Positions 28,607 through 38,734 of a stretch of DNA of 64,000 bases are shown here, piece by piece. Every line of letters begins with the position of its first letter. Within the stretch, counting starts at the first letter, position 1. The position numbers and the translations under genes were made by a program. Origin of the DNA: Myxococcota bacterium (GTDB lineage: Bacteria > Myxococcota_A > Polyangia > Polyangiales > Sandaracinaceae); NCBI GenBank assembly GCA_036149055.1, contig JAYZQJ010000074.1, forward strand, positions 22,454 through 86,453. The letters are read 5' to 3'. Under the pieces are notes generated by a model. The model was not told the origin of the DNA. It did no database searches and worked only from the letters and a program-made list of their open reading frames with translations.

Positions 28607-30535
28607 CTAGCGCCGCCCGAAGGCGCCGACCACCTCGATGTGGTCCTCGACCGTGCGCACGCTCGGAGCGATCGCGCCGAGCTCCACCCCGGACTCGAGC
28701 CCGAAGAGGCTGAAGACGGCGCTCGTCTGGAGGCTGGGGATGGGGAGCGTCGGCGCCCCCTCGTTCAGGGCGAAGCGCGCGGTGTGGTGCGCGAACGCCA
28801 CGAGGAAGGCGTACGCCCCGGGTCGGTCGCCGGGCGGGAGCGCGGGGTCACTCGTCCAGCGCAGCTCGGTGATCTCGACGTCGCCGAACTCCGGGTCCTC
28901 GCCCGCGCCGGCGGTCAGCGTCGCGCGCGCGGTCGCCCCGAAGCGCACCCGGGTGCCGTCGCCGTAGGGGCCGCCGGCCACCGTCATCGTCATGCCGCCG
29001 AGCTGCACCTCGACCTGGTCGCCGCCCACGCTCGAGGCGACCGGCGGCAGCGCCGAGCCCACCTGGATCATGTCCGGCGCGACGATCATGTCGGGGGCCA
29101 CGATCATGTCCGGCGCGACGATCATGTCCGGGGCCAGGATCATGTCCGGCGCGACGATCCCCTCGACGCCGCCGGCCCGCCAGAGCCCGTGCAGGGCGAA
29201 GTTCATGACCGCCTCGCTCACCCGGTTGCCGACCGGCATCTCGGTGTCGCTCGCCGCCCGGACGGTGGCGCCGATGGCGACGCCCAGGCTCCGGCGATCG
29301 ATCGGGGCGTCCTCCTCCGCGTGCCGGGTGCCGAGGTCGAAGACGACCCCGGCGGGGCTGGCCTCGACGCCGGTGAAGAAGCTCTCGAAGCTGAGGCTCG
29401 TCATCGCCCCGTCGAGCCCGGGCACCGGGACCGAGGCGCCGAGCGAGCGCACGTCGATGCTGGAGAGCAGGATGTCGAGGAAGCCCGACAAGCCGGTCGC
29501 GGTGAAGCTGGCGATGCTCTCGCGCAGCGAGTCCCCCGAGTCCCGGTCGATGTGGTCGGCGACGCCTCTCTCGACGATCGACCGGTAGCTGGACGGCAGC
29601 CCGGGGAAGCTCGAGGTGACCGGGCCGGTGCGCACGCTCCGGACCTCGCGCACCGTCGCCTCGAGCTCGCCGTCCTCGTCGACGCCGAGATCGAGGTCGA
29701 TCTCGAGCTCGATGAATTCGATGTCGATGTCGCCGGGCGTGGGGCCGAAGCTCCGGGGCAGGCCCGCGTCCACGATCTGCTCGCCCGAGACGTCGACCGA
29801 GAGCCGGATGCCCTCCACCCGGCCGAAGAAGCGGAAGCCGCCGTCGATCGGCGCGAGGGTCGAGGTGCTGGCGCCCAGCACCGACGTGTCCCGGAAGTCG
29901 ACCGAGCTGGCGAGCTCGCACGCGTCGTCGGCCCGGCGCTGGTCACACGAGCGCGTCTTGATGTCGACGGTCGGCGAGCTGAAGCGCATGTCGAGCAGGG
30001 ACTCGAGCGCCCCGCCCTGGAGCAGCGCGAGGAAGACGTCGTTCAGGCTCTGGATGGGCTCGGCGACCCCGTCGCCGTCGTCCACCGCCTCGGGGCCGAG
30101 GCGCATGGTGACCGAGCCCGGGAGCAGCTCCGCGTCGGGGTGGAAGCGCGGCGCGGCGAGGAAGGTGCAGAGCTCGGAGAACGTCCGGCCGTCGGTCGCC
30201 TCGAGCTCGACCTCGACGTGGTTCATGCCGTAGCGGGCGGCGACCGGGATCGTGACCAGCCCGAGCGCGTCGGGCTCGAGGTCGACCCCCTCGGCCGTGA
30301 CGCGGGCCGCGAGCGACGGGTCCCCGACCGCCACCACCAGGCCGACCTCCTCGCCCTCGGCCGCCACCGTCATGGCGCCGTGCTCGGGGTTCACGCAGCG
30401 CAGCGACAGCGCCCGCGGGGGGCCCGCGTCTCCGGCGCCGGCGTCCTCGGGCGCGTCCACGCCTCCGTCGGTCGCGCCCCCGCCATCACACGCGGCGAGC
30501 AGCAACATGGCGAGCGCAATCGAGCTTCGCGGCAT
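28607..30535 (-). CDS. Hypothetical lipoprotein with internal hexapeptide repeat
   Basis: LAAC lipobox, DGG/DAG linker, (V/L)APDMI x5. Confidence 0.75.
   Translation of the reverse strand: MPRSSIALAMLLLAACDGGGATDGGVDAPEDAGAGDAGPPRALSLRCVNPEHGAMTVAAEGEEVGLVVAVGDPSLAARVTAEGVDLEPDALGLVTIPVAARYGMNHVEVELEATDGRTFSELCTFLAAPRFHPDAELLPGSVTMRLGPEAVDDGDGVAEPIQSLNDVFLALLQGGALESLLDMRFSSPTVDIKTRSCDQRRADDACELASSVDFRDTSVLGASTSTLAPIDGGFRFFGRVEGIRLSVDVSGEQIVDAGLPRSFGPTPGDIDIEFIELEIDLDLGVDEDGELEATVREVRSVRTGPVTSSFPGLPSSYRSIVERGVADHIDRDSGDSLRESIASFTATGLSGFLDILLSSIDVRSLGASVPVPGLDGAMTSLSFESFFTGVEASPAGVVFDLGTRHAEEDAPIDRRSLGVAIGATVRAASDTEMPVGNRVSEAVMNFALHGLWRAGGVEGIVAPDMILAPDMIVAPDMIVAPDMIVAPDMIQVGSALPPVASSVGGDQVEVQLGGMTMTVAGGPYGDGTRVRFGATARATLTAGAGEDPEFGDVEITELRWTSDPALPPGDRPGAYAFLVAFAHHTARFALNEGAPTLPIPSLQTSAVFSLFGLESGVELGAIAPSVRTVEDHIEVVGAFGRR
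29066..29155. repeat. 18-bp coding tandem repeat x5
   Basis: GATCATGTCCGGCGCGAC-type units with synonymous variation. Confidence 0.9.
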
Positions 30536-30589
30536 CCGACCTCCCCAGCGCGGCCAGCATAGCACCGCGACGCGCCGGTCCCAGCGGGG

Positions 30590-32521
30590 TCAGAAGATCG
30601 GCGGCTCGCCGACGCTCTCGGTGGTCCAGACGGCGATGTGGTTGGACGTCGCGAGGTCCTGGAAGGGGAGCGCGAAGGCGGCGTGGCTCGGGTCCTCGCC
30701 GCGCGCGGCCGCCTCCGGCTCGACGGCGGTCATCCAGAGCCACGTCCCCCGGTCGCTCTCGCCCGAGCTGCTGCTCGGGGTCTCGCGGAGGCCGTAGCGG
30801 CGAGTGCTGGAGAAGCTGACCCACATCACCCGCGTGCTGCCCAGGTCGCCGCTGCCGAGCACGAACTCGAAGGGCGCGAAGCGCGGGAAGGTGTTGGCGA
30901 GGTCGTCGGTCTCGTCGAGCGCGCCGCGCGCCTGGGCGCGGGCCAGCCGGACCGGGGCGCCGCCGTCGCGCCCGATCGCCCAGATGGTCGCCGTCGGGTC
31001 GGTGTCCGCGTTGCAGTCCCCCGAGGCGACGTCGCCGCCCGGGCACACGCTCTCGTCGAACAGGAGGAAGCTCGAGTCGACGGCCCAGGCCGGGTTGTAC
31101 CGGTTGAGGCCGTCGCCGCGCTCCACGAGGGTGACCGGCGCGCTCCACCCGTCCCCCTCGCGGGCCACGTAGGCGATGGCGCCGTGGCCGGGGCGCTGCG
31201 AGGTGCGGTGGTGACCCACGTCGGTGAAGGCGATGCGGCTTCCGTCGGGGGACCAGTCGGGGTGGCTGGCCTCGCGCCCCCCGAGGTCGATGCGGCCGGT
31301 CTGCTGTCCACAGGTGTCGAGGCTCGCGGCGTCGCAGCGGGTGTCGAAGAGGAAGAGGTCCCCGAAGCCCTCGCGACCGGTGTCGTCGCCGTAGACCCCG
31401 ACCAGCGAGTCGCCGTCGGGAGCGAAGGCCGCGAACTGCAGGATGTGGTCGTCGTCCGACGAGGCGTTGAAGACCGGGGTGAACGACTCGAGATCCATGA
31501 GGATCATGCCGCCGCGGTTCTGGCCGCCCACCGATCCGACCAGCTTGCGCCCGTCGCGCGACAGCGCGTGGCAGCCGACGCAGCGCCCGTTCTCGGCCAG
31601 CTCGGGGCCCATCACCCGCTCGGCCGCGTCGGCGCCCGCGCCGAAGTCGTAGCGCATGATCCGGCCCCCCTCGGAGACGGTCCAGTAGTAGATGGTGCCG
31701 CTGAGCGGGTCGCGCCCGAAGCGCATCTCGAAGGCGCTCGACGCGCCCACCGCGCTCCCCTCGTCGTCGGTGCCCCGCACGGTCACCCGGAGCGGCGCGC
31801 CGCCGGCGTTCGTGTCGGCGATCCACGTCCACTGGGCGCCCGCCGGCTCCCAGACGCAGCCGTCCTCGCGCACCCCCTCCGGGCGCTCACAGCGCACGTG
31901 GGCGCGCACGTCCGTGAGGTCGTTCTCGAAGGCCACCTCGAAGAGGGTGTTGGCCTCGCTCCCACGCAGCCAGTGCACCTCCACCCGCCCGAGGTTCGGC
32001 GGCAAGACCACGCCGTCGTTCGGGTAGACCAGGGTGGGAGCGCGCGCCGGATCCTCCGGGCCCCCGAAGAGCGCGCCCGGCTCGTCGGGGATGGGCGCGC
32101 CGTCCGCCGGGGGCACGGACACCGTCTGCCGGAGCTGCACCGTCACGGAGGTCTCGGCGTACACGTCGCCGGCCGTCGCCTCGACCACGCCGCGCCCACC
32201 GACGCTGGTGCCGGTGGTGAAGACGTTGGCGCGGAAGGTGCCGAGGCGCCGGAGGGACCGCAGGCCCCAGCTCACTCGGGGCGTGACGTCGGCCTCGGTG
32301 CCGTCCTCGAAGGCGCCGATGGCGGTGTAGGTCTGCGTCGCCTGCACCCCGCCCTCGACCACCAGCCGCGCGTCGGCGGGCTCGATGCGCATCGAGACGA
32401 GGCCCTCGATGGGCGGCGGGGCCCCGTCGAACAGCGGCTCTCCGCCGTCGCCGTAGAGCGCCGGGTCGCCCGCGCAGTCGCAGCCGGAGACGAAGAGGAG
32501 GAGGAGGCAGAGGCGTCGCAC
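30590..32521 (-). CDS. TolB-like beta-propeller lipoprotein
   Basis: VSGC lipobox; LVYPNDGVVLPPN; GTIYYW; CVGCH; PDWSPDG (PD40-like) repeats. Confidence 0.8.
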   Translation of the reverse strand: MRRLCLLLLFVSGCDCAGDPALYGDGGEPLFDGAPPPIEGLVSMRIEPADARLVVEGGVQATQTYTAIGAFEDGTEADVTPRVSWGLRSLRRLGTFRANVFTTGTSVGGRGVVEATAGDVYAETSVTVQLRQTVSVPPADGAPIPDEPGALFGGPEDPARAPTLVYPNDGVVLPPNLGRVEVHWLRGSEANTLFEVAFENDLTDVRAHVRCERPEGVREDGCVWEPAGAQWTWIADTNAGGAPLRVTVRGTDDEGSAVGASSAFEMRFGRDPLSGTIYYWTVSEGGRIMRYDFGAGADAAERVMGPELAENGRCVGCHALSRDGRKLVGSVGGQNRGGMILMDLESFTPVFNASSDDDHILQFAAFAPDGDSLVGVYGDDTGREGFGDLFLFDTRCDAASLDTCGQQTGRIDLGGREASHPDWSPDGSRIAFTDVGHHRTSQRPGHGAIAYVAREGDGWSAPVTLVERGDGLNRYNPAWAVDSSFLLFDESVCPGGDVASGDCNADTDPTATIWAIGRDGGAPVRLARAQARGALDETDDLANTFPRFAPFEFVLGSGDLGSTRVMWVSFSSTRRYGLRETPSSSSGESDRGTWLWMTAVEPEAAARGEDPSHAAFALPFQDLATSNHIAVWTTESVGEPPIF

Positions 32522-32645
32522 GCAGGCAGCTTTCCACGGTGCGCGCTGGCTGAGAAGTCGGGGCCCGCCCGACGTTGTCTCGCGCCCCGGGAGCCGGTAT
32601 GAAGCGCGCTTCGCGGCGGAGCCGCGTGCCGTACGGGGGGCGTCC

Positions 32646-33371
32646 ATGGAGCGAGCGCTGCGGGTGTTGTTGATCCAGGTCCGGGACGCGGACGATCCGA
32701 TGCGGGAGCACGAGCTCGAGTGCTTCGCGACCCGCACCCGGCTGCGCCGCGAGGCGTTCGGGGTCTGGGACGCGGTCGGGCGCTCGCCGACCCTCTCGGA
32801 GGTGCGCGGCTACGACGCCCTGATGGTCGGCGGCAGCGGCGACTACAACGTCTCCAAGCGCAACCAGCCCGGGCTCGCCCCCCTGCTCGAGCTGCTCCGC
32901 GAGGTCTCGGCGGTCGGCCACCCGACCTTCGCCAGCTGCTACGGCTTCCAGTGCCTGGTCGCGGCCCACGGAGGCGAGGTCGTGCACGACGAGGCCCGGA
33001 CCGAGGTGGGGACCTACGAGATGGAGCTCACCGACGCGGGGCGCGCCGACCCGGTGCTCGGCTCCCTCCCGCCCCGCTTCGAGGCGCAGCAGGGTCACAA
33101 GGACCACGCCGACCGGCTCCCCGACGGCTTCGAGAACCTGGCGCGGAGCGAGCGCTCGCCGCTCCAGGCGGTGCGGGTGCCCGGGCAGCCGGTGTGGGGC
33201 GTGCAGTTCCACCCGGAGCTCGATCACGTCGCCAACCGTCGGCGCTACGAGCACTACCTCGACGCCTACTCCGCCGGCATGACCGCGGAGGAGCGGGCCC
33301 GGGCGCTCGACCGCTTCCGGCCGAGCCCCCAGGCGTCCGAGCTGCTGCGGGCCTTCCTCGCGCTGGTGTAG
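32646..33371 (+). CDS. Type 1 glutamine amidotransferase
   Basis: ASCYGFQ nucleophile; GVQFHPE. Confidence 0.9.
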   Translation: MERALRVLLIQVRDADDPMREHELECFATRTRLRREAFGVWDAVGRSPTLSEVRGYDALMVGGSGDYNVSKRNQPGLAPLLELLREVSAVGHPTFASCYGFQCLVAAHGGEVVHDEARTEVGTYEMELTDAGRADPVLGSLPPRFEAQQGHKDHADRLPDGFENLARSERSPLQAVRVPGQPVWGVQFHPELDHVANRRRYEHYLDAYSAGMTAEERARALDRFRPSPQASELLRAFLALV

Positions 33372-33493
33372 CCGGCGTTTAGGAAACTCTGAGGATCCCG
33401 TAGGGAACACTTAGGAAGCGCGGGCCGGAGGCATCGCTAGCTTCCAGGTCGAGAGGCGCGCCCGGTGGCGACGCCTCCCCTGGAGAGCCGATC

Positions 33494-34600
33494 ATGCGCC
33501 CCTCCCCCACCGCGCCGACCCCGGCGACGGCGCCCGCGCCCCTGCGCCCGCCCCCGCTCCGCGCCGCCTTCGCCCTGTACGTCTGCGGCGCCGCGCTCGT
33601 GCTCGGGTCGCTGACCGCGTGCCGGCCCGAGGTCACGGCGCCGGTCCGAGCGCCCGGGGCGCCGAAGCCGCCGCCCGAGCGGCTCGAGGACACCGGCCTG
33701 GCGCGCGCCGCCCTGCTGTCCTTCTCGCCGCAGTACCCGCTCTGGACCGACGGCGCCGACAAGCGCCGCTGGATCGCGCTGCCGCCGGGGACCTCGATCG
33801 ACGCCAGCGACCCCGACGACTGGCGCTTCCCCCCGGGCACCCGCCTCTGGAAGGAATTCTCCTTCGGCGGCCGCCCGGTCGAGACCCGGTACATGGAGGC
33901 GCGGTCGGACGGCTCGTGGAGCTACGCGACCTACGTCCACGGCGAGGACGGCGTCGCGCGGCGGGCCCCCGACCGCGGCGTGCCCGAGGGCGTGCCGGTC
34001 GCGGGCGGCGCGGGCCGACACGTGATCCCCGGCCAGGCCGACTGCGTGTCGTGCCACGAGGGGCGCCCGAGCCCGGTGCTCGGCTTCAGCCTGCTCCAGC
34101 TCTCGGGCGATCGGGACCCGAACGCGCCTCACGCCGCCTTCGGACCGGAGGACGTGAGCGTCGCCGCGCTCGTCCGGACCGGCCGGCTCCGGCGATTGCC
34201 TCCGACGCTGGTCGCGCCGCGGGTGGAGGCGTCGTCGCCCACCGAGCGGGCCGCGCTCGGCTACCTGCACGGCAACTGCGGCGGCTGCCACAACGACGTG
34301 GGGCCGCTCGCGCCGCTGGGCATGGTGCTCGCCCAGTCGTTCGGCCGGCCGCGCCCGGTGCAAGGCACGCTGCTCGCGCGGGAGAGCCGCTTCCGGCTCT
34401 GGGACCGCCCCGACGCCGTGCATCGGGTCCACGCAGGCGAGCCCGAGCGCAGCGTGCTGCTGCACCGGCTGCGCTCCCGTGACCCGAACACCCAGATGCC
34501 GCCCGTGGGCTCCCTCGTCGCCGACGAGGAGGCCGCGGCGCTGCTCGAGCGATGGATCCGCGACCTGCCCGGTGGCCGGCTCGTGGGCCTCCACAACTGA
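33494..34600 (+). CDS. Diheme c-type cytochrome-like lipoprotein
   Basis: YPLWTDGADKRRWI, FPPGTRLWKEF, CVSCH, YLHGNCGGCH, QMPP. Confidence 0.82.
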   Translation: MRPSPTAPTPATAPAPLRPPPLRAAFALYVCGAALVLGSLTACRPEVTAPVRAPGAPKPPPERLEDTGLARAALLSFSPQYPLWTDGADKRRWIALPPGTSIDASDPDDWRFPPGTRLWKEFSFGGRPVETRYMEARSDGSWSYATYVHGEDGVARRAPDRGVPEGVPVAGGAGRHVIPGQADCVSCHEGRPSPVLGFSLLQLSGDRDPNAPHAAFGPEDVSVAALVRTGRLRRLPPTLVAPRVEASSPTERAALGYLHGNCGGCHNDVGPLAPLGMVLAQSFGRPRPVQGTLLARESRFRLWDRPDAVHRVHAGEPERSVLLHRLRSRDPNTQMPPVGSLVADEEAAALLERWIRDLPGGRLVGLHN

Positions 34601-34612
34601 AGAGAGAACGCC

Positions 34613-35191
34613 ATGACCCGCCACGCGATCATCCCCCTTTCGCTGCTCCTCCTCCTGCTCGCCGGCTGCCAGGAGGCGCCCGCCCCCGCCGAGGCCGCGC
34701 CGGCGATCGCCACCCTCAGCCCGGTCGAGCGCGGGCAGTACCTCGTCGACGTCGGCGGCTGCCACGACTGCCACACGCCGTGGACCATGCAGGAGAACGG
34801 CCCCGGCCCGGACCTCACCCGGGCGCTCTCGGGCCACCCCGCCGACCTGGAGATGCCCGACCCGCCCGCGCCGGTGGGGCCGTGGATCGTCGCGTCGGCG
34901 GCGACCAACACCGCGCACGCCGGCCCCTGGGGCGTGAGCTTCACCGCCAACCTCACCCCGCACGACGAGACCGGCCTCGGCACCTGGACGACCGAGACCT
35001 TCATCGCGACCATCCGGAACGGTCGGCACATGGGCCGCGGTCGACCGCTCCTCCCGCCGATGCCGTACTTCAACTACGCGAAGGCGACCGACGAGGACCT
35101 CGCGGCCATCTTCGCCTACCTGCAGACGGTGCCGGCCATCGACAACCGCGTCCCGTCGCCGCGCCCCCCGCGCCTGGCCCAGGCGCAGTGA
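34613..35191 (+). CDS. c-type cytochrome lipoprotein
   Basis: LAGC lipobox; ERGQYLV..GCHDCHTP; ANLTP..TGLGTW; PPMP. Confidence 0.88.
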   Translation: MTRHAIIPLSLLLLLLAGCQEAPAPAEAAPAIATLSPVERGQYLVDVGGCHDCHTPWTMQENGPGPDLTRALSGHPADLEMPDPPAPVGPWIVASAATNTAHAGPWGVSFTANLTPHDETGLGTWTTETFIATIRNGRHMGRGRPLLPPMPYFNYAKATDEDLAAIFAYLQTVPAIDNRVPSPRPPRLAQAQ

Positions 35192-35193
35192 GG

Positions 35194-36615
35194 TCAGCCG
35201 CTCGCGTCGAGCCGCTCCTCGAGGGAGAGGTCGCAGTCGAGCTCGACCCCGAAGCGGCCGCGGGCCCGGCGCACGAGCCGCACGTCGGGGCACTTCTGCT
35301 CGAGGCGCTTGCGGAGCAGGATGAGCCGGCTCTCGAGGTTGTCCTTCACCGGCGGCAGCCCGAGGGTCGGGTCGAGGCGGAGCTCGCGGTTCGTGAACTC
35401 CGTCCGGCCCGACCCGCGCAGCTCGGTGAGCAGCTTCCAGAGGATGCGCCCGGGCACGTTCCGGATGAGATACTCGCCGTCCACGAACACGCAGTCGTCG
35501 TTGCGATAGAAGACGAATCTGCGCACCGGCAGGCCCCGCGGACAGGGCGCGTGCTCCGCCTCCGCGAGCCGGTCGATGCCGGCCGCGACCTGGTCGGCGA
35601 CCACCCCGAGGAACGCCTCGTGCCAGCTCTCGAAGCAGCTCCCGCTCCGCGACTCGAAGGCGAGCACGCCGACGAGGCGCTGCCCCACCTGGAGCGGCAG
35701 CGCGAGCTGACTCTGGGCGTCCGGGAGGCCGGGGAGCGGGACCGGCGGCGCGAAGCTCTTGCGCCCCTCGGCCTCCTCGCCCGCCCGGGCGGCGAGCCCG
35801 TAGCGGAGCGCGCCCTCGAGCTGCCCCACCCGCAGCACCCGGCGCTCGGCCGCGACCGTGCCGACGAGCCCGTCGCCGAGCGCGACCTCCGAGCCCACGC
35901 CGTCGTCGTCGTAGCCGTGGCTGGCGACGGTGAAGAGGCGGCGCTCGCCCTCGTCCCACAGCAGCACCATCGAGTGCGCGAAGCCGAAGTCGACGGCCAG
36001 CCGGTCGAGCACGCCGTCGAGCAGCTCGTCGAGCTCGGTCGCGCAGGCCAGCTGATGGGAGAGGCGCTGCAGCGCCCAGAGCTCCTCGCGCGCCTCGGGC
36101 GGCCGGGCGAGCTGATCGGCGCTGTCCAGCTCCTCGCCCTCGCAGGTCGCCTCGGGCTCGGGGGGCGCCAGGTGGCTCGTGACCTCCACGACGTCGTCGA
36201 CCACGAACAGATCCGCCGCCTGCAGCTTGAAGATCCCCTTCATGCCGGTGTGCGAGGCGATGGCCTCGATGCGCACCGCCATCTCGTCGAACAGCGGCCC
36301 GTCGGTCTGCGACGCGAGGAAGCGCGCCCGGATGCGGTAGATGGTGAAGTCGACGGGGTCCCACAGCGAGACGAGGACCGCCGGGTTCTCGAGCACGTTG
36401 CGCGTGGTCTTGTTGAAGAACTGCCGGGAGAGGGCGACGTGCCGGTCGTCCACCCGGTAGACCTGGCTGAGCACGGCGACGTTCGGCACGCCGTTCGCCG
36501 AGCAGGTGGCCACCGTCGCCGGCACGATCCCGTCGAACAGGCGCGACGGAAGGCGGGCGAGGGACGCGCGGGCCACCCCGGTCACAGCCTCCCCGGTCAC
36601 AGCCACCCCGGTCAC
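35194..36615 (-). CDS. Pyridoxamine-5'-phosphate-oxidase-like + GAF + C-terminal putative DNA-binding domain protein
   Basis: GIVPATVATCS..PNV..LSQV..ALSRQFFNKT; GAF FTVASHGY..VGSEV; C-terminal FTNRELRLD..DNLESRLILLRKRL; GTG overlaps the upstream stop. Confidence 0.82.
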   Translation of the reverse strand: MTGVAVTGEAVTGVARASLARLPSRLFDGIVPATVATCSANGVPNVAVLSQVYRVDDRHVALSRQFFNKTTRNVLENPAVLVSLWDPVDFTIYRIRARFLASQTDGPLFDEMAVRIEAIASHTGMKGIFKLQAADLFVVDDVVEVTSHLAPPEPEATCEGEELDSADQLARPPEAREELWALQRLSHQLACATELDELLDGVLDRLAVDFGFAHSMVLLWDEGERRLFTVASHGYDDDGVGSEVALGDGLVGTVAAERRVLRVGQLEGALRYGLAARAGEEAEGRKSFAPPVPLPGLPDAQSQLALPLQVGQRLVGVLAFESRSGSCFESWHEAFLGVVADQVAAGIDRLAEAEHAPCPRGLPVRRFVFYRNDDCVFVDGEYLIRNVPGRILWKLLTELRGSGRTEFTNRELRLDPTLGLPPVKDNLESRLILLRKRLEQKCPDVRLVRRARGRFGVELDCDLSLEERLDASG

Positions 36616-36616
36616 A
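36572..36616. repeat. 15-bp tandem repeat x3 at a gene junction
   Basis: GCCACCCCGGTCACA / GCCTCCCCGGTCACA / GCCACCCCGGTCACA. Confidence 0.85.
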
Positions 36617-37094
36617 GGGGCTCTCCCGCGCTCGGCCCGGGCGTCTGCTCGAACATCGAGGCCACCCGAAAGCGCACCGCCACGCACGGCCAGCTCACCA
36701 GCCGGGCGCTCACCGAGCGCGGGATGCCGACCTTGGCGAACGCCGCCTCGCGCCGCTCGAGCAGCCCGTCGAGGAAGCGGCGGTCGTCGTCGGTGGCGTC
36801 CCTCAGCGCGACCAGCCGCCCCTTGAGCTGCATGGAGCGGTCGTCGGTCACCCGGGAGACGCTGAGCGCGACCTCGCCGTTGTGGGCCGCGTTGGCGCGG
36901 GTCGCCTGGGCGAAGACCGAGGGCACGTAGGCCTCGAGGGTTCCATCCGGCAGGACCCGCGCGCCCGCGGCGAGCACGGCCTCGGGCACCCGCTCCGGAT
37001 CGCGGGTGCCGAGGAACATGATCAATCCGTCCTGGAGGAACGAGGCGACCTCGGACGGGATGACGAGGTCCGTTCCGGCTTCGGTGCCGCGCAT
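36612..37094 (-). CDS. Pyridoxamine 5'-phosphate oxidase-like FMN-binding protein
   Basis: MFLGTRD...P, NGEVAL, SMQLKGR, FEQTPGP.AG. Confidence 0.75.
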   Translation of the reverse strand: MRGTEAGTDLVIPSEVASFLQDGLIMFLGTRDPERVPEAVLAAGARVLPDGTLEAYVPSVFAQATRANAAHNGEVALSVSRVTDDRSMQLKGRLVALRDATDDDRRFLDGLLERREAAFAKVGIPRSVSARLVSWPCVAVRFRVASMFEQTPGPSAGEPL

Positions 37095-37142
37095 GATGAC
37101 GACGCGGCCAAGATAACCCCGCCCGGGCCCCCGGGCGATAGC

Positions 37143-37781
<639 letters not shown>

Positions 37782-37898
37782 GTCAGTCCTCCCTCTGTGC
37801 GGTGTGAGCTGTCGGTGTATGCGGGAGGACAGATCTGGTCCCGCGCGGCGTCGACGTCTGTGACCTTTCTCCGCCGCCGGGACCGGAATCTTCCGGCT

Positions 37899-38237
37899 TC
37901 AGGATCCGCGGTAGGTCGAGTAGCCGAACGGGCTGAGGAGCAGCGGCACGTGATAGTGCTCGTCGGCGCTCTTCACCCGGAACTCGATCTGCACGCTCGG
38001 GTAGAAGGTCGGCTCGCCCGCGTAGTAGGCGCCGGTGTCGAAGGAGATGCGGAAGACGCCGGGCTCGAGGGCGCCGGGCTCCATCAGGTCGGTGATGCGG
38101 CCGTCGTCGTCGGTCTCGCCGCTGCCCACCTCGCGGAAGGCGCCGCCGTCCTTGCGCTCGAGGGTGACGGGCACGCCCCGCGCGGGGCGACCGGAGGCGG
38201 TGTCGAGGACGTGGGTGGTGATCGGGCTCTTGCTCAT
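37899..38237 (-). CDS. uraH: 5-hydroxyisourate hydrolase
   Basis: ITTHVLD..GRPA; HYHVPLLLSPFGYSTYRGS. Confidence 0.96.
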   Translation of the reverse strand: MSKSPITTHVLDTASGRPARGVPVTLERKDGGAFREVGSGETDDDGRITDLMEPGALEPGVFRISFDTGAYYAGEPTFYPSVQIEFRVKSADEHYHVPLLLSPFGYSTYRGS

Positions 38238-38734
38238 GATTCGTCCAGAAGCTTGTGGAGCCGAAGCTCGGTGATCTTCATCTGCTCGGCCGCCGCCACG
38301 GCGAGCTCTTCGTCGGGGTCGTTGTCCATGCGCGCCTCGAGCAGCGCGAGCATCTCCGCCGCGCTCTTGCCGGTGGCGCACACGATGAAGATGTGTCCGA
38401 AGCGCGCCTCGTAGGCGACGTTGCCGTCCCGCAGCCGCTCGAGCGTCGCCTCGTCGGCCGCGGCGGCGCCCGCCTGCTCGCCCGCCGACCAGTCCTTCGT
38501 CGCCGCGAACTTCTCGCGGAGCTTGGCGAGGTCGGCGCCGATGCGCGGGTGATGCTCGAACGCCTCGAGCACGTCGGCGCGCTCCATCGTCGCCCACACC
38601 GCGCGGGCCCGCTCGATCGGCGCGTCGCCGAGCGGGCGCGACCGGAGCATGCCCTCGACCCAGCGGGAGGCGCCGCAGCAGCGGGTCAGCGCCGCGCGGG
38701 CCTCGGGCTCGCTCATCGCGTCGAGCGCGCTCAC
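38234..38734 (-). CDS. uraD: OHCU decarboxylase
   Basis: CCGASRW, EAFEHHPRIG, EQAG, YEARFGHIFIVCATGKS, EQMKITELRL. Confidence 0.95.
   Translation of the reverse strand: MSALDAMSEPEARAALTRCCGASRWVEGMLRSRPLGDAPIERARAVWATMERADVLEAFEHHPRIGADLAKLREKFAATKDWSAGEQAGAAAADEATLERLRDGNVAYEARFGHIFIVCATGKSAAEMLALLEARMDNDPDEELAVAAAEQMKITELRLHKLLDES

Noticed and set aside
29066..29155. Possible CRISPR array
   Set aside because: Units are contiguous, in-frame coding repeats without spacers; no cas genes.
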